A stretch of 64,000 nt of DNA from a virus (IMGVR_UViG_3300044991_001466); one strand, 5' to 3'. Shown: positions 30,842 to 41,588, counted from the stretch's first letter. Program-made: numbers and translations. Notes: generated by a model from the letters alone, not told the origin.

Positions 30842-33658
30842 ATGGAAATTCTTAGAAAAAATGTTGATTTAAATATCATTCTTAATCAAGAAACTGATTT
30901 TCAAACTAATGCGGGTTGGCAAGAGAATTTAGTTGCATTTGAAGATGAGATATTGTCTACAATAATTAATCCGATTGAAAATTACGAAACTATTAGGTAT
31001 ATACATAAACCTTATAGTGGGATGACAACAAATGTCGACGATAAACAAACCGATATTTGGTTTTATTTTTATTTTGCAACAAGTGGAAACACACCAAATT
31101 ATGTTCAAGATTATTCAGCACAAGGAATTACAATATTAGAAAATGAAAAAATGATGAAACAATCATCAGAAAGTTTTTTCAGATTAGAATTTTTTAAAAC
31201 ACCAGGTATTTTAGATGTTAGTGGAAATACGATAGGTTATCAACCACCAACAAGACAAAATAGAAAATTGGTTTTTGCAAAAAACCTTTCATTACCGTTA
31301 GGTGAAAAATATTATTATACACCATTAAATGGATATGTTCATTTACCGGTCTTTAAAGGTTCAAATTATGAAAATAAAGAAAACATGTATTTCTTTTGGT
31401 TTCAAGATGAGAGCGTTTTAAAAGAAACTAATTTAAGTGGAAGTACAACAGGAAACACTTTCTTTATGACCGCTAAATTCTTTAACGCAAAAGATGGTAG
31501 CATTCAAGATTTTACAAACGATTGTCACGCCACTGGTTATACAATAAATGAACAAAATGATATGTATTATCAAGTTGATATTGATAAGACAGATTACTCA
31601 TATAAAGTATATTATTTTAACGGTGTTGTTAAATGTGACCAAGTTGGTTTTATTAAAAAACCAATTAACTTTTTTGAAAAGGGTGGAGGAAGTTGTCCTA
31701 ATGGATTAACATATTATACATGTTCTAACGTTACCCCAACCCCAACCCCAACGTTAACACCGGTTAGTCCGACACCAACACCTACATTAACGGCAACTCC
31801 AACGGCAACGCCTGTGTTTAGTAAATGTTCTGATTGTGGATTATCATTAAATGGTGTTCCTGGTGGATTACTTAGTGTAATGACAGCTGGTGTTATTACG
31901 TCAAGTATTGGTTGTACCGTTGGCGAATATGCCATTGATTGGTATTTAAATGACAAAATAGGAGACCCTGAATTTACATCGGCTTCAACTATTGGTGCTG
32001 ACCCTAATGCAACTGTTGCTCACCCTTTTGCAAATGAACCGGTTCAAGGTGGAACTTGGTATCCCGTAATAAAATCAATTTATTTAAATGGAACAAAATA
32101 TTCGGCATATAATGTAAATGGTGTATCATATAGTCCTGATTTATTAAATTGTTTAAGTACAGTTACGGTAAGCAATTATAATTGTACTACGGGTTATCAA
32201 AATTCTACATACCCAATATACATTAATTATACTAACACAACAACAAACTCAGCGTTAGCGAATAGAAGTATTAGATTTGATTTATCGAGTGGAATTAATT
32301 ATTTCGCTTGGAATTTTGCGGGACAAGTAGTTTCTGATTTTATTAAAATAAGTTATTTTAATGTATTGACCCAAACTAAAACTCAACTTGAATATTGGCA
32401 AATTGGTCGAGATGCAGGGTCGACTAATTTAACCTCAAATCCTAAAGTGTGTAGTGATTATTCATTACAAAGAGCAACAGATTTAACATCTTTTAATTTT
32501 TCAGAGGGTAATTATTTAATTATTGAACTAACACCTAATTCAGGTAATAGTAATACAAACTGGAGTTTCCAATGTAAATGTTTAACAGATAGTGGATGTG
32601 CTGACATTATTGACCCAACCGAAGATTTTGGATATACAACTGCAGGAATTACAATGTATTATGATAATGTAAATTGTGGATATGGAATTAATGGTTTAGT
32701 TAAAACAAATGTACTTTCAGGAACATCATTTTATGATAATAATTTTACTAGATATAATACTTCATATATCAATGCTTATATTCACTCACAGTCATCCTTA
32801 CCAACACCTTTAATTTTAAGTGGAAGAACTACCGCTCAAGAACATGGAAATGGTTATGTGTACTACTATTGTCAAAATCAAAATTCGTATACCACAGTTA
32901 CAAAAGTTGGTAATGTTATCACATTTGATTTTGATAATTTAGCGGATTACAACGTATATAAAACACAACATACTGAAGCAATGAATAGTAGTTATATGTC
33001 AAATTACACCTCAGATACTACTAATATAAATCATTATAAGTTTTTTCAAATTGGAGTAATTGAAGGTTTAACTTGTGGTGATAATACACAAGGACAGGCT
33101 TGGTATACGTCACACGTATCGAGTCCAATCGTTTTCAATGATTCAACTAAAAAGATTACATATACTATTGTTAATGTTGTTAATGGATTACCAACTGGAA
33201 ATGTATGTGATACACGTCACACTAATGTAAATTATTATATTAGTAATATTAATAATGCAATTAACGCGAGTAATTTCACATACCAAACTTATATAAGAAA
33301 AGGTGACGGTGGATATTATAGAGCACTTGCCGTTAGGTCTTTGTATGAGTACGTATTCACACAAACCGAAAGTAATACTGGAATTTACACTGACTATATT
33401 CCCGTAAAGCCAGGTGTTTGTGAATCAACACTAATTTCTAAAAATTGGATAGATAGAGGAGTCTCATATTATAATTACATACACGGTATTCAAGTTACAA
33501 TTACTAATGAGAGTGACCCATTAAATAATTTTAAAGTTAATAGTATGGTAAATTATACCACGAAAACATATAATGGTGTTTACACTAAAATCTTTGAAAA
33601 AATAAACGGAGTGGTAAAAACATCCTCAGTTGGTACAACAATAACAACAATACCTTAA
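30842..33658 (+). CDS. Tail appendage/fibre-like protein
   Basis: 938 aa: N-terminal domain, TPTP linker, then a Cys/Asn/Thr-rich beta-type region. Confidence 0.5.
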   Translation: MEILRKNVDLNIILNQETDFQTNAGWQENLVAFEDEILSTIINPIENYETIRYIHKPYSGMTTNVDDKQTDIWFYFYFATSGNTPNYVQDYSAQGITILENEKMMKQSSESFFRLEFFKTPGILDVSGNTIGYQPPTRQNRKLVFAKNLSLPLGEKYYYTPLNGYVHLPVFKGSNYENKENMYFFWFQDESVLKETNLSGSTTGNTFFMTAKFFNAKDGSIQDFTNDCHATGYTINEQNDMYYQVDIDKTDYSYKVYYFNGVVKCDQVGFIKKPINFFEKGGGSCPNGLTYYTCSNVTPTPTPTLTPVSPTPTPTLTATPTATPVFSKCSDCGLSLNGVPGGLLSVMTAGVITSSIGCTVGEYAIDWYLNDKIGDPEFTSASTIGADPNATVAHPFANEPVQGGTWYPVIKSIYLNGTKYSAYNVNGVSYSPDLLNCLSTVTVSNYNCTTGYQNSTYPIYINYTNTTTNSALANRSIRFDLSSGINYFAWNFAGQVVSDFIKISYFNVLTQTKTQLEYWQIGRDAGSTNLTSNPKVCSDYSLQRATDLTSFNFSEGNYLIIELTPNSGNSNTNWSFQCKCLTDSGCADIIDPTEDFGYTTAGITMYYDNVNCGYGINGLVKTNVLSGTSFYDNNFTRYNTSYINAYIHSQSSLPTPLILSGRTTAQEHGNGYVYYYCQNQNSYTTVTKVGNVITFDFDNLADYNVYKTQHTEAMNSSYMSNYTSDTTNINHYKFFQIGVIEGLTCGDNTQGQAWYTSHVSSPIVFNDSTKKITYTIVNVVNGLPTGNVCDTRHTNVNYYISNINNAINASNFTYQTYIRKGDGGYYRALAVRSLYEYVFTQTESNTGIYTDYIPVKPGVCESTLISKNWIDRGVSYYNYIHGIQVTITNESDPLNNFKVNSMVNYTTKTYNGVYTKIFEKINGVVKTSSVGTTITTIP

Positions 33659-33662
33659 TAAA

Positions 33663-34103
33663 ATGATAAAAAATTTAAATTGGACAAATAACGGAATACC
33701 TAATTATGATACAAATAAATGGGTATTTTCAAATGATAAGTTACACATTAACTTATTAATTACTGACAATGATTATGCAGAACAATATAATTTATTTGGA
33801 ACATTTATCGTTGGTGAAGAAGAAATAAATCTACATGTTAATATTTGCGGAATTGGTGACGGGAAAATTGAAAATAACGAGAATATTACATTTTTTTTAG
33901 ATGGTGAGAACATAATAAATGGTTTAACACCTCAAATTGACAATTTAGAAAATGGAACAGGTTCAATTCTACAAATGTTAAATAAACAACTACCACTTTC
34001 ATTAACCGCAAACAGTTCTCATGTTATTAGTATACAGTTTCATAATTTAAGTGGATTTTTAAAAGAAAACACCAATTACCAAATAAGTTTAAATTGTATA
34101 TAA
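33663..34103 (+). CDS. Hypothetical protein
   Basis: 146-aa ORF closely packed between fibre-like genes. Confidence 0.5.
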   Translation: MIKNLNWTNNGIPNYDTNKWVFSNDKLHINLLITDNDYAEQYNLFGTFIVGEEEINLHVNICGIGDGKIENNENITFFLDGENIINGLTPQIDNLENGTGSILQMLNKQLPLSLTANSSHVISIQFHNLSGFLKENTNYQISLNCI

Positions 34104-34133
34104 AATAAAAATTAAATAAGTTATTTATAAAAG

Positions 34134-36977
34134 GTGAAAAAAATTAAACATTCGATAAGTAGAAAATCAATCCCCCAAGTGAAATTAGTTTCATTAACGG
34201 GTAAGACATGGTTTGATGCGGACGGAAGTTTATTTGAATGGTCAGGAACTACGGGTAATTTACCTACGGGATTAACCCCAACAACCGGTTATGTTGTTTA
34301 TAACGTAACTGGCGGAACTGTAACTGGTGGTTATTATTATAAATGGGGAATACCTACAGGTAACACATGGAATAAAATCACAGGAACAACATCCTATATT
34401 AATTCACAAATATATGATACTCACCAAGTACCATTATTTTTAGAATCATCGGTTGATGAATATGGTCCAATGGTTGATTTTGATGGTGATGTTGAACAAA
34501 ATACAATTACCGCCAATTTTGATTATGATATTAGTTGTACGGATTATACAATAACAATCAATAACACCACAAATTTTGGTAAGTTAAAACAACTTAGAAA
34601 TGCAACATACACGGTACATTTTGACGACGGTTTAAAATTACCAATGAATGCAAATCAATCACTTATTAGGAATTTTTCAACAAATGGAGTTCAAAATATT
34701 AAAATCACATTAGATTCACCATTCTTTACTTCACATATTTCTAAAAGTGTTATTGTAGATTGTACTCAATTTGTTAATGCGTCACCAACGCCAACAAATA
34801 CGGTAACACCGACTATAACCGCTACACCAACCGTAACCCCAAGTGTTACACCAACAAGAAACGCAACACCAACTGTTACTAGAACAAGTACCGTAACACC
34901 AACTATTACCAAAACAAATACATTAACACCTACGGTTACACCAACTATAACTGTAACAAATACTGTTACACCAACAGGAACTCCAACAAGATCGGTTGAT
35001 AGTACTCCAACGCCAACAAGTACTGTTACTCCAACATCACTTACACCAACACCTACAACTACAGTAACACCAACTGTTACCCCAACAATAACTGTATCAC
35101 CAACAAATACAGTTACACCAACTGTTACATCCACAACTACTGTTACTCCAACTGTAACCTCAACAGTAACTCCATCAACACCAGACCCAACACCGGCGGA
35201 AACATCTTCACCAACCCCAACTGCCACGGTTACTCCAACAACTACCGTTACACCAACTGTGACATCAACTACAACTGTTACTCCAACCGTAACACTAACA
35301 CCAACAGTAACACCTACGGTGAATTGTTCATTCGGTATCGGAGTTGTGGTATTAGCACCTTCACCTACACCAACAACTACGGTAACACCTACAACAACTG
35401 TTACGTCAACTGTAACACCAACTGTTACGTCAACAATCACATTAACACCTACAGTGACTTCAACAATAACTGCAACACCAACAGTTACAACCACAGTTAC
35501 CCCAACAACAACCGTAACACTAACACCGACAGTTACACCTACGGTTGATTGTTCTTTTGGAATTGGTGTTGTGGTATTAGCGCCTTCACCGACGCCAACT
35601 ACCACGGTTACAAGTACTGTAACTCCAACAATAACAATCACACCAACTGTAACATCAACAACTACTGTTACTCCAACCGTAACACTAACACCGACAGTTA
35701 CACCTACGGTTGATTGTTCATTTGGTATTGGCGTTGTTGTGTTAGCACCGTCACCGACGCCAACAACTACAGTTACAAGTACAGTTACACCGACAGTCAC
35801 AGTAACACCAACTTTAACATCGACAGTTACATTAACACCAACAGTGACCCCAACAAATACGGTCACATCAACTATAACTTTAACACCTACAGTTACTACA
35901 ACACCAACAGTGACATCTACGGTAACACCTACGGTGGATTGTTCATTTGGTATTGGGGTGGTAGTATTGGCTCCTTCACCTACGCCAACAACTACGGTTA
36001 CACCAACTGTAACTTTAACTCCAACTGTAACCTCTACAGTTACACCAACTATAACTCTAACACCAACCGTAACACCTACTAAGGATTGTTTCTTTGATGC
36101 AACATTTACTGAAACATTTACACCACCAAATGAATCTCCAACTTGTGCCTGTTATTCATATACAAATACAACTGATACTAATGGTGAAGTTTATTATACT
36201 TCTTGTTTAGGTAATTCTCCAACAACATCATATGTTAATGCCGGTTTAACCATTACATTTTGTGCGGTATATGGACAATCTGTAACTGCAACATCAGGAA
36301 CAATCGGTGGATTATGTGGTGGTTTTGTTCAATCTTGTCAGGATGATAGTTGGTGTAGCTCTTGTGGTTCTAATATCCCAAGTTCAACTCCAACTCCAAC
36401 AATAACCGCAACACCAACTCTAACACCAAAACCTGCGTCAGTTCCAAGTATTAGAACTAATTCATGTCCTATAGTAACATACAATTCGTTACCTCAAAGT
36501 GGTAATGGTACAATAACTATTGGAAGTAATACCATAACTACAACATATAGTGGTGTTAATACATTATTAACCAATCAAGCTGGCAATTTATTGGTACAAC
36601 CTGTAAATTGCTTACCGGGGTCATATCCAACCGGATATAATTTATGGTTAGGAACATATGCTGGAGCCTTCACATATACCATGACATTTTCACAATCAGT
36701 TAATAACATTTTATTAATGGGTTACGGTAGTGGACAACGACAAGCACCTTCATTATATGAACGTTTTATTATTACAACAAATTCAGGTAATCCAAGCTTA
36801 GTAATATGTAATGGGTGTGGTGGTTATACACAAGGAAATAATTTATACGTGAATTACCCCGGAGATCAAGGTGGTAATACACAAACATTAATAACAGCGA
36901 GTTCATCATTTACTAGTTTAACAATAACAGGAAATGGTGGTCTATTAGGAACTTTGTTCTTACTAGGATTACAATGA
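34134..36977 (+). CDS. Mucin-like Thr/Pro/Val-rich tail fibre/appendage protein
   Basis: 947 aa, GTG start after TATTTATA. About 430 aa of TPTVT repeats with four V(D/N)CSFGIGVVVLAPSP motifs. Confidence 0.65.
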   Translation: MKKIKHSISRKSIPQVKLVSLTGKTWFDADGSLFEWSGTTGNLPTGLTPTTGYVVYNVTGGTVTGGYYYKWGIPTGNTWNKITGTTSYINSQIYDTHQVPLFLESSVDEYGPMVDFDGDVEQNTITANFDYDISCTDYTITINNTTNFGKLKQLRNATYTVHFDDGLKLPMNANQSLIRNFSTNGVQNIKITLDSPFFTSHISKSVIVDCTQFVNASPTPTNTVTPTITATPTVTPSVTPTRNATPTVTRTSTVTPTITKTNTLTPTVTPTITVTNTVTPTGTPTRSVDSTPTPTSTVTPTSLTPTPTTTVTPTVTPTITVSPTNTVTPTVTSTTTVTPTVTSTVTPSTPDPTPAETSSPTPTATVTPTTTVTPTVTSTTTVTPTVTLTPTVTPTVNCSFGIGVVVLAPSPTPTTTVTPTTTVTSTVTPTVTSTITLTPTVTSTITATPTVTTTVTPTTTVTLTPTVTPTVDCSFGIGVVVLAPSPTPTTTVTSTVTPTITITPTVTSTTTVTPTVTLTPTVTPTVDCSFGIGVVVLAPSPTPTTTVTSTVTPTVTVTPTLTSTVTLTPTVTPTNTVTSTITLTPTVTTTPTVTSTVTPTVDCSFGIGVVVLAPSPTPTTTVTPTVTLTPTVTSTVTPTITLTPTVTPTKDCFFDATFTETFTPPNESPTCACYSYTNTTDTNGEVYYTSCLGNSPTTSYVNAGLTITFCAVYGQSVTATSGTIGGLCGGFVQSCQDDSWCSSCGSNIPSSTPTPTITATPTLTPKPASVPSIRTNSCPIVTYNSLPQSGNGTITIGSNTITTTYSGVNTLLTNQAGNLLVQPVNCLPGSYPTGYNLWLGTYAGAFTYTMTFSQSVNNILLMGYGSGQRQAPSLYERFIITTNSGNPSLVICNGCGGYTQGNNLYVNYPGDQGGNTQTLITASSSFTSLTITGNGGLLGTLFLLGLQ
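34782..36083 (+). repeat. Coding low-complexity TPTVT/TPTTT repeat array
   Basis: Degenerate ACACCAAC/GTTAC repeats encoding Thr-Pro-Thr-Val. Confidence 0.95.
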
Positions 36978-36989
36978 TAATTATAAAGA

Positions 36990-38060
36990 ATGGCTAGATA
37001 TTTTGACATAAAAATTACAACGGGAACAGCCCCTGGACCATATACAATCTATTATGATTCTATAGGTGCGGGAAATATTGCTACGTTAACAAGTAATAGT
37101 CAACCAGCCACTAATTTATCATATAATACACTAACAGCGGGAAATGGTGTTAGTGTTACAATACCCGATGGTAGTTATGCATTATTTCTTTATAATGAAA
37201 CTTGTGATATTAATATTCCAACATCTTTCCCAAGTCCAACACCAACCACAACACCAACGTTAACACCGACAAATACTGTTACACCAACATTAACCGCAAC
37301 ACCAACCGTCACACCTACTGTTGACTGTTCATTTGGTATCGGAGTGGTAGTATTGGTTCCTTCACCTACACCAACAACTACGGTTACACCAACTATAACA
37401 GTAACACCAACAATTACACCAACTGTAACTTCAACTGTAACCGTTACACCAACGGTAACACCAACTAAGGATTGTACATATGAATTTGAATTTAATCCAA
37501 TTACAGTTCAACCACCATCAACTATTGAAGTTGGTAGTGCATTAATTGACGTGTTTGTTAATTCAAGTGTTACAGAAATGAAGTTAGTACAATCAACATC
37601 AGCCACATCTGAATTTAATCAGTTTGTTTCTTTATCTGGCACAAAATCTGATAGAAGATTACCGTCAAATATTATACCGGTGTCTAATAGTTATTTATTG
37701 GCACCATTTGATAAATCATTGACTACGTTCTATAGATTTGGTATTAACATTTCATTATTAAAACAAAATTATCCAAATATTAATGTTTTTGAATTTGATT
37801 TATTTGGAAAAAGAACAGATGGTTCATCAGGTGATATTGGAATTAAATTTACCAAAGGAATTAAGATTAATTCATTGATTGATGCCTCATCAAATAACGG
37901 AATAGATTTTGCTCCAGTTACAGCACATCCAAATGACGTTGTTGAGGTAGACCCATCAAATGTTACACGTATAACAGAGTTAGACGAAGTTTTCCAAAGA
38001 TTTGCAACATTTGTCTATAATAAAACTAATAATACTTTTACCTACACAAACCTTATTTAA
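36990..38060 (+). CDS. Tail appendage protein with shared N-terminal module and TPT stalk
   Basis: N-terminal ~75 aa paralogous to 38066..40129; one VDCSFGIGVVVL motif. Confidence 0.6.
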   Translation: MARYFDIKITTGTAPGPYTIYYDSIGAGNIATLTSNSQPATNLSYNTLTAGNGVSVTIPDGSYALFLYNETCDINIPTSFPSPTPTTTPTLTPTNTVTPTLTATPTVTPTVDCSFGIGVVVLVPSPTPTTTVTPTITVTPTITPTVTSTVTVTPTVTPTKDCTYEFEFNPITVQPPSTIEVGSALIDVFVNSSVTEMKLVQSTSATSEFNQFVSLSGTKSDRRLPSNIIPVSNSYLLAPFDKSLTTFYRFGINISLLKQNYPNINVFEFDLFGKRTDGSSGDIGIKFTKGIKINSLIDASSNNGIDFAPVTAHPNDVVEVDPSNVTRITELDEVFQRFATFVYNKTNNTFTYTNLI

Positions 38061-38065
38061 TATAA

Positions 38066-40129
38066 ATGGCGATATATTATAACATAAAATTAACTTCAGG
38101 AACTTCAAGCGGACCGTATACAATTTATTACGATACGATTGGCCCGAGTAATATTGCCACGATAATTTCATCTGGCGACCCTGCTAGTGGTTTAAATTAT
38201 AATACCGTTACAATCGGGGTTAATGTTTCAGTACCTGATAATGCAACGTCAATTTATGTTTATAACACAACTTGTAGTAGTAGTGATATCTTCCAAATAC
38301 CAGCTCCAAGTCCAACACCGACACTCACAAGTACACCAACGTTGACACCAACAATAACAGTAACACCTACGGTGGATTGTTCATTCGGTATTGGGGTGGT
38401 AGTATTGGCGCCTTCACCTACACCAACAACTACAGTTACGTCAACTGCAACGGTAACACCAACAATTACACCAACATTGACACCGGCCCCAACATCAGAT
38501 GTAACATCTACACCAACGGTTACGCCAACAAATACGGGTACACCGGCACCGACATCTGATGTAACATCTACACCAACACCTACAATAACACCTACGGTTG
38601 ACTGTTCATTTGGTATTGGGGTTGTGGTATTGGGACCATCTCAAACACCAACACCAACTCATACATCTGCAGTTACATCCACACCAACTGTAACACCAAC
38701 CCCAACCACAACATCTGAGGTAACGTCTACCCCAACTGTAACACCAACAACGGCAGCGACATCGACACCAGCACCAACATCGACACCAGCATCAACACCA
38801 ACATTGCCAGCACTTTCAGTTTCAGTAAGTTCAGCAACATTACAAACTTGTTGGAATTCTAATGATGCGTCATTTACGTTAAGTGCTAGTGGTGGTAACG
38901 GAGCACCATATGAATATTCAAGAGATAATTCAAATTGGCAGTCAAGTGATACATTTAGTGGTTTAGCTGGTACGTCATATACAGGATATGTTAGAAATGA
39001 TGATCGTTTAGGTACTGTGGCAAGTACTGCAGTTGGTAGTTTAGCTAGAAGTCAACCAGAAGTAAGTGTTTCAAGTGCCGGTTACCCATCTTGTTGGAAT
39101 AGTAGTAATGGTTCATTAGTATTAAGTGGTTCTGGTGGTTCTGGAACATTTTATTATAGTATCGATAATGGTGCTAATTATCAATATAATGATGCCTATT
39201 TCCCTAATTTAACATCTCAAACATATTACATTAGAGTTAAAGATACTAATAATTGTGAATCACAGTCATTAGTACCATATAACTTAACTACAGGAGAACC
39301 GTCAGCTGATTTTACACCTACAAATATATCATGTAATGGTGGTTCAGATGGAACGATTGCGACTTCTGTAATTAATTCTAATGGAATTTATTACAGATAC
39401 AATGCGGGTGCTGGATTCACAAACACAAGTGGAACTAGATATAATGTTGGTACGTCTAGAGGAAGTTTAACCTCAGGTTCATATACTTTTAGAATTTATA
39501 ACTCTAACGAATCATGTTATAAAGATTATACTATTACATTAACACAACCAACTCTACAAACAGCATCTATCACAAGTATTGTAGGAGCCACAAGTGGTGA
39601 CAATGGTTCATTAACAATATCTTCAGGTGGAGGTACTTGGAATAAAACATATAGATTATACAAAGATAGTACAACACCATACAATGATTATCCTACCGAT
39701 AATTTAATCGCAACTTACAGTAACGTAACTGCAGGTTCACCATCATTTAATGTGACAGGATTAGCTTGTGGATATTATTGGTTACAAGTTACTGACGCAA
39801 ATGGATGTCAAACAAATACAATAGCATATCAAGTTACATGTCCAACACCTGCAGTAACATACTATCCTGTTGAATTACGTACAGGTCAAGCTGGTGATAA
39901 CAGTGATTTTGGTAGTGCATGTTACAACTTGGCTAATGGTGCTTTGATGGATGTTGTAATATACACAGAAACGGGATATTTTGATGATGGATATCAAGCA
40001 TATACTAACAGTGGTACACTTTATACGGGTCTTGGTTATTATACTGACGGAATAAATTATGGAAGAATAATAGGAGGAACTATAACCCTTCAAAATTCAT
40101 GTACCGGTGGACCAGTAACTCGGTATTAA
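38066..40129 (+). CDS. Tail appendage/adhesin with TPT stalk and SprB-like repeats
   Basis: SCNGGSDGTI, SGSGGSGTFYYSIDNG and YWLQVTDANGC resemble SprB repeats; two VDCSFGIGVVVL motifs. Confidence 0.6.
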   Translation: MAIYYNIKLTSGTSSGPYTIYYDTIGPSNIATIISSGDPASGLNYNTVTIGVNVSVPDNATSIYVYNTTCSSSDIFQIPAPSPTPTLTSTPTLTPTITVTPTVDCSFGIGVVVLAPSPTPTTTVTSTATVTPTITPTLTPAPTSDVTSTPTVTPTNTGTPAPTSDVTSTPTPTITPTVDCSFGIGVVVLGPSQTPTPTHTSAVTSTPTVTPTPTTTSEVTSTPTVTPTTAATSTPAPTSTPASTPTLPALSVSVSSATLQTCWNSNDASFTLSASGGNGAPYEYSRDNSNWQSSDTFSGLAGTSYTGYVRNDDRLGTVASTAVGSLARSQPEVSVSSAGYPSCWNSSNGSLVLSGSGGSGTFYYSIDNGANYQYNDAYFPNLTSQTYYIRVKDTNNCESQSLVPYNLTTGEPSADFTPTNISCNGGSDGTIATSVINSNGIYYRYNAGAGFTNTSGTRYNVGTSRGSLTSGSYTFRIYNSNESCYKDYTITLTQPTLQTASITSIVGATSGDNGSLTISSGGGTWNKTYRLYKDSTTPYNDYPTDNLIATYSNVTAGSPSFNVTGLACGYYWLQVTDANGCQTNTIAYQVTCPTPAVTYYPVELRTGQAGDNSDFGSACYNLANGALMDVVIYTETGYFDDGYQAYTNSGTLYTGLGYYTDGINYGRIIGGTITLQNSCTGGPVTRY

Positions 40130-40196
40130 TTTGACATAAAAAAAGATTTAAAATGAAACAAAATAAACATATATTTATAAATAAACATAATTAATT

Positions 40197-40904
40197 ATGC
40201 CAGGCGCACTTATACAAACACAGGTCTCAATAAATCTAACAGGAAATTCTTCAGTTCCAGATAATTTTACAATTAAAATATATCCTTGGGATTCCGCAAC
40301 TGATGCGGTTTCAACGACTAGTAGAACCTACGCCACAGGAGTTTCAAGATCTACAACCTCAGCAATAAATGGTGGAACATTAATTAGTGGATATGGAATT
40401 TCACCCATTTATCAAACTGACTATCAAATTGAATTAATTAGTACAACAACCTGTACAACGTCAGCAACTATTACTGTTGAAGGTGACCCCGATTTCTTAG
40501 AACAAATTAAATCAATTTATCAACCAAGTACTTTCACCATTAGTGAAAATTTCCCAAATACTGGACAGGTTGATACTGTCAATAATAATGGGATGTACTT
40601 AATTGGAGGATTTTCAACTTTAGCTACCGTAGAAATATTACCATATTTAGACGCGGCAGATTTTACTGTAAATGCTGGACAACAACGATTTGGGGACGAT
40701 ATGCCAGTGTATGATCAATATCAATATGGGCCATTTAGTTCTTTTATTATAACCAAAGTGGGTAAAATACTTACACTTAAAGGAAACCCAAATCAATCGC
40801 TACAAACTTCAAATAATACTTATAAGGGATCGTTTACATTAACATACGTTCCATCTAATGAAGATTTAAATTTTACATATTGTTATACTGCGGGAATGAT
40901 TTAA
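40197..40904 (+). CDS. Putative virion protein
   Basis: 235 aa, Thr/Ser-rich, preceded by TATTTATA. Confidence 0.5.
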   Translation: MPGALIQTQVSINLTGNSSVPDNFTIKIYPWDSATDAVSTTSRTYATGVSRSTTSAINGGTLISGYGISPIYQTDYQIELISTTTCTTSATITVEGDPDFLEQIKSIYQPSTFTISENFPNTGQVDTVNNNGMYLIGGFSTLATVEILPYLDAADFTVNAGQQRFGDDMPVYDQYQYGPFSSFIITKVGKILTLKGNPNQSLQTSNNTYKGSFTLTYVPSNEDLNFTYCYTAGMI

Positions 40905-40982
40905 TATTGACTTTATATAGTTCCTAAAATTAATTACATTAGATAAACCTTATAAAGATATTTATAGGTGTAACTAAATAAT

Positions 40983-41588
40983 ATGGCGGATTCCTTAGGT
41001 TCAATAACATTTACAATTCCTTATACTTCAAGTGAGATTACACAAACTTACTTGAATGACTATGATTATTCAAAAACGGGGTTTACCGCCACATCCACAG
41101 GATATACGTTTATTGCTATTGGTACAAGTAGATTATCAGAATTAAAAAAATATGGTTCAGGTGGTTATACTCAATCATTAACGTCAGGTTCAATGAGTGA
41201 CGGAACAACATACACTGGATATACGATTGATACACTTAATTTTCAAGATTTTTCGGATGGTACCACTCAAATTATAGGAACCACACCAAATTTTAGACAT
41301 ACAACAACAGGTTTCACTATGAGTGGTGCAACCGACGGGTTTTCTACCAAATTTGGATACACCACAGGTAATACTACAAATTTTGCAACTGAATACGTAA
41401 TAAATAATATGTTAACTCGAAACGAACATTTCTTGGGATTTGTGGAACAACCTACCGTTTATTCGGATGTTTTTGTGGAGAGGGGAAAACAAGGAGTGAT
41501 GGAGAATAACCTTCGTTTGGGGGAGATTGACAACATGGGAGAATTAAGCGTTTATGGAAATAAATTCTTTACGATTAAAAAACAATAA
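40983..41588 (+). CDS. Putative virion structural protein
   Basis: 201 aa, Thr/Gly-rich, preceded by TATTTATA. Confidence 0.5.
   Translation: MADSLGSITFTIPYTSSEITQTYLNDYDYSKTGFTATSTGYTFIAIGTSRLSELKKYGSGGYTQSLTSGSMSDGTTYTGYTIDTLNFQDFSDGTTQIIGTTPNFRHTTTGFTMSGATDGFSTKFGYTTGNTTNFATEYVINNMLTRNEHFLGFVEQPTVYSDVFVERGKQGVMENNLRLGEIDNMGELSVYGNKFFTIKKQ

Noticed and set aside
34766-35866. 366-aa Val/Gly/Thr-rich ORF on the minus strand
   Set aside because: It is the antisense shadow of the TPTVT repeat, whose ACN/CCN/GTN codons give no stops on the reverse strand. No promoter or independent features.
34782-38805. Repeats as a possible CRISPR array or DGR template/variable pair
   Set aside because: The repeats are degenerate, in frame and protein-coding, with no constant repeat-spacer period. 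No reverse transcriptase or cas genes, and differences are synonymous rather than adenine-specific.
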